64,000 nucleotides of DNA. Source: an uncultured Gemmatimonadales bacterium (GTDB lineage: Bacteria; Gemmatimonadota; Gemmatimonadetes; Gemmatimonadales; GWC2-71-9). The notes under the pieces are model-generated. The model was not told the DNA's origin. It saw only the letters and a program-made list of their open reading frames with translations, and made no database searches. A program made the position numbers and the translations under genes. The stretch lies in contig CAWJIM010000024.1 of the NCBI GenBank assembly GCA_963842945.1, forward strand, positions 1 through 64,000. Direction: 5' to 3'. This document shows, in pieces, positions 62,696 to 64,000 of the stretch. Position 1 is the first letter of the stretch; the number at the start of each line of letters is the position of its first letter.

Positions 62696-63580
62696 TCAGC
62701 GTGTGGCCCTGTTCCGTACCACGAGGAGCTCGGCGTTCCCTGGATCGGTTTGGAAGGCCCAATCCAGAATCATGAAGTTCCGCCCGACATGGGTCACCCG
62801 GAGTGCACCGTATCGGAGAAACTGATCGCCGGCCTCCATCTCGAAGACGTAACCCATGCCCGGGGCCGCTTCGATTGGGGTGGTGGCATATCTGCCGCAC
62901 GAGCTGGGATCTGGAGCACTAAGACAGGGCGCGTCATCGATGCTGGTCAGGTCGCCCACCGGATCCTCGGAATAGAACTCCACCCCGGTGCCGGCTCGCG
63001 TCGGCGTCATGAACAACCGGCCCGAGGTGTCACGGTCGACGTAGAAGTCGACATCGCTGGAGGCGCCACTCCGCACCCGGCCCAGCTCACCCTCCTCGAC
63101 TACGTTGTCGCCATCGTCGTCCCAGAACCGAAAGCCGCTGCTGTCTGATTTCACCTGGATAGGATAGAGAACCTGATTGCGGCTGTCCGGCCTTGGAGTA
63201 TCGAACACGGTCCTCGAGCGGTCGCTCTCCGCACCGTTCTGGCCGGCGGAGCTGACCGAGAAGCAACGGGATACTCCGTTCACCATCGCCCCCACCAAGA
63301 ACTCCGGCGCCACCGTGGTACCCTCGAGAGTCCAGGTGGTCCCGCACGGTTCGGTCCCCGCCGGGGCGTCAATGTCGTAGGTGGTGCTGTAGATCCGGTA
63401 GCTCTGAAAATTGTCGGGATCGGATTCATATGCATTGTCGGGCCAGGTGAGCGCTACCGCCCCATTCAGCGTAGTGCTGAAGAGATCAGCCGGCACATCC
63501 GGGGGGTTGCTGGGACTGGTTTGGTCGGACGAACAAGCCATGACCAGCAGGAGGATGACCGGCAGATGCCAGCCTTGCAT
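62696..63580 (-). CDS. Hypothetical lipoprotein with FN3-like N-terminal domain
   Basis: Lipobox VMAC; V.LTW, YRIY, G.ES pattern; GGAG SD. Confidence 0.7.
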   Translation of the reverse strand: MQGWHLPVILLLVMACSSDQTSPSNPPDVPADLFSTTLNGAVALTWPDNAYESDPDNFQSYRIYSTTYDIDAPAGTEPCGTTWTLEGTTVAPEFLVGAMVNGVSRCFSVSSAGQNGAESDRSRTVFDTPRPDSRNQVLYPIQVKSDSSGFRFWDDDGDNVVEEGELGRVRSGASSDVDFYVDRDTSGRLFMTPTRAGTGVEFYSEDPVGDLTSIDDAPCLSAPDPSSCGRYATTPIEAAPGMGYVFEMEAGDQFLRYGALRVTHVGRNFMILDWAFQTDPGNAELLVVRNRATR

Positions 63581-63612
63581 ACAGGGCTCCGGAGAGGGAT
63601 AGCGAGACCCAC

Positions 63613-63628
63613 GGCAGATCGCGTGCCA
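63613..63628 (-). promoter_or_regulatory. Candidate sigma54 -24/-12 promoter
   Basis: TGGCACGCGATCTGCC (GG-N10-GC), about 30 nt upstream of the lipoprotein ATG. Confidence 0.55.
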
Positions 63629-63708
63629 CTGCCAGAGTTCCGGAGTGGAGCGGAGTTAGCAGGCACCCGGCAGCGCAATGTGGTTCGAGTGTCCTCGCCG
63701 GAGGACAG

Positions 63709-64000
63709 TTATTCGTCGAAGGTGGTCTGGTTGTAGTCGAACTTCAGGTCCGGCAGGTCGGTCAGATAAATGGAGAAGTAAAACGCGAAGTTGCCGTTGG
63801 CGTTCCGCACGAAGTTGAAGCCGGCCCGCCACTCGTGCAGCTGCCGCTCCAACCGGACCACCTGAGATTCGAACTCGGTGTCGGTGATGTTGTACTGCGA
63901 CGACCAGGAGAGGGACCAGAAGGGTGTGGGGGAGAAGCTGGTACTGAAACCCAGGTTTTGCTGACCGGGCGTACTGGGCAGTCCGGGCACCGGCCGGGAG
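63709..64000 (-). CDS. 3' end of an LptD-like LPS-assembly outer-membrane protein (partial)
   Basis: W.LSW...YN, R.LH.W...F, DLK.DY pattern of amphipathic strands; runs off the window end. Confidence 0.6.
   Translation of the reverse strand, partial: SRPVPGLPSTPGQQNLGFSTSFSPTPFWSLSWSSQYNITDTEFESQVVRLERQLHEWRAGFNFVRNANGNFAFYFSIYLTDLPDLKFDYNQTTFDE

Noticed and set aside
7323..63148. Long antisense and alternate-frame ORFs (e.g. 10135-12279, 33877-35169, 39002-40300, 48099-49364, 51691-52965)
   Set aside because: Shadow ORFs expected in high-GC coding DNA; they overlap well-supported genes and show no motifs

Overview
High-GC bacterial chromosome segment, most likely Gemmatimonadota (inferred from gene order and protein style; not verified by search). 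Many conserved genes, including recA and ftsK, are split by single-base indels, which points to uncorrected long-read errors rather than pseudogenes. Layout: (1) 1-5.4 kb: accessory region downstream of a tRNA-CAT (Ile2-type), with a tyrosine-integrase remnant missing from the ORF track, a MESH1-like alarmone hydrolase and orphan exported proteins. (2) 7.4-27.6 kb: Wzx/Wzy-type surface polysaccharide locus (long SLBB export protein, Wzz-like protein, polymerase/ligase, flippase, seven glycosyltransferases plus a priming transferase, two methyltransferases, rmlB, WlbA/WbpB-like dehydrogenase). (3) 27.7-64 kb: core genes (divergent aceA, hflX, rarA, cca, alaS, recX, recA, ftsK, accC-pilT/U-accB-efp-pepP-aroQ, SurA/PpiD-like, tatA, polyprenyl synthase, SgmX-like TPR protein, hutH, partial lptD). 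Best candidates for new biology: a sigma54-type promoter -> LEA-2 -> hflX unit in which both genes appear to start at AUU, with a 7-codon uORF between them; a Rex/CRP-type operator over the promoter of an isocitrate lyase with an RTCGH active-site motif; a direct-repeat candidate SOS operator in the recA promoter; a PilT/PilU ATPase wedged between accB and accC near an SgmX-like gene; and families of heptamer/octamer repeat elements that form intergenic hairpins and also sit in frame inside alaS and ftsK. No CRISPR array or rRNA was seen. No single system here is demonstrated to be novel; all need the checks listed.
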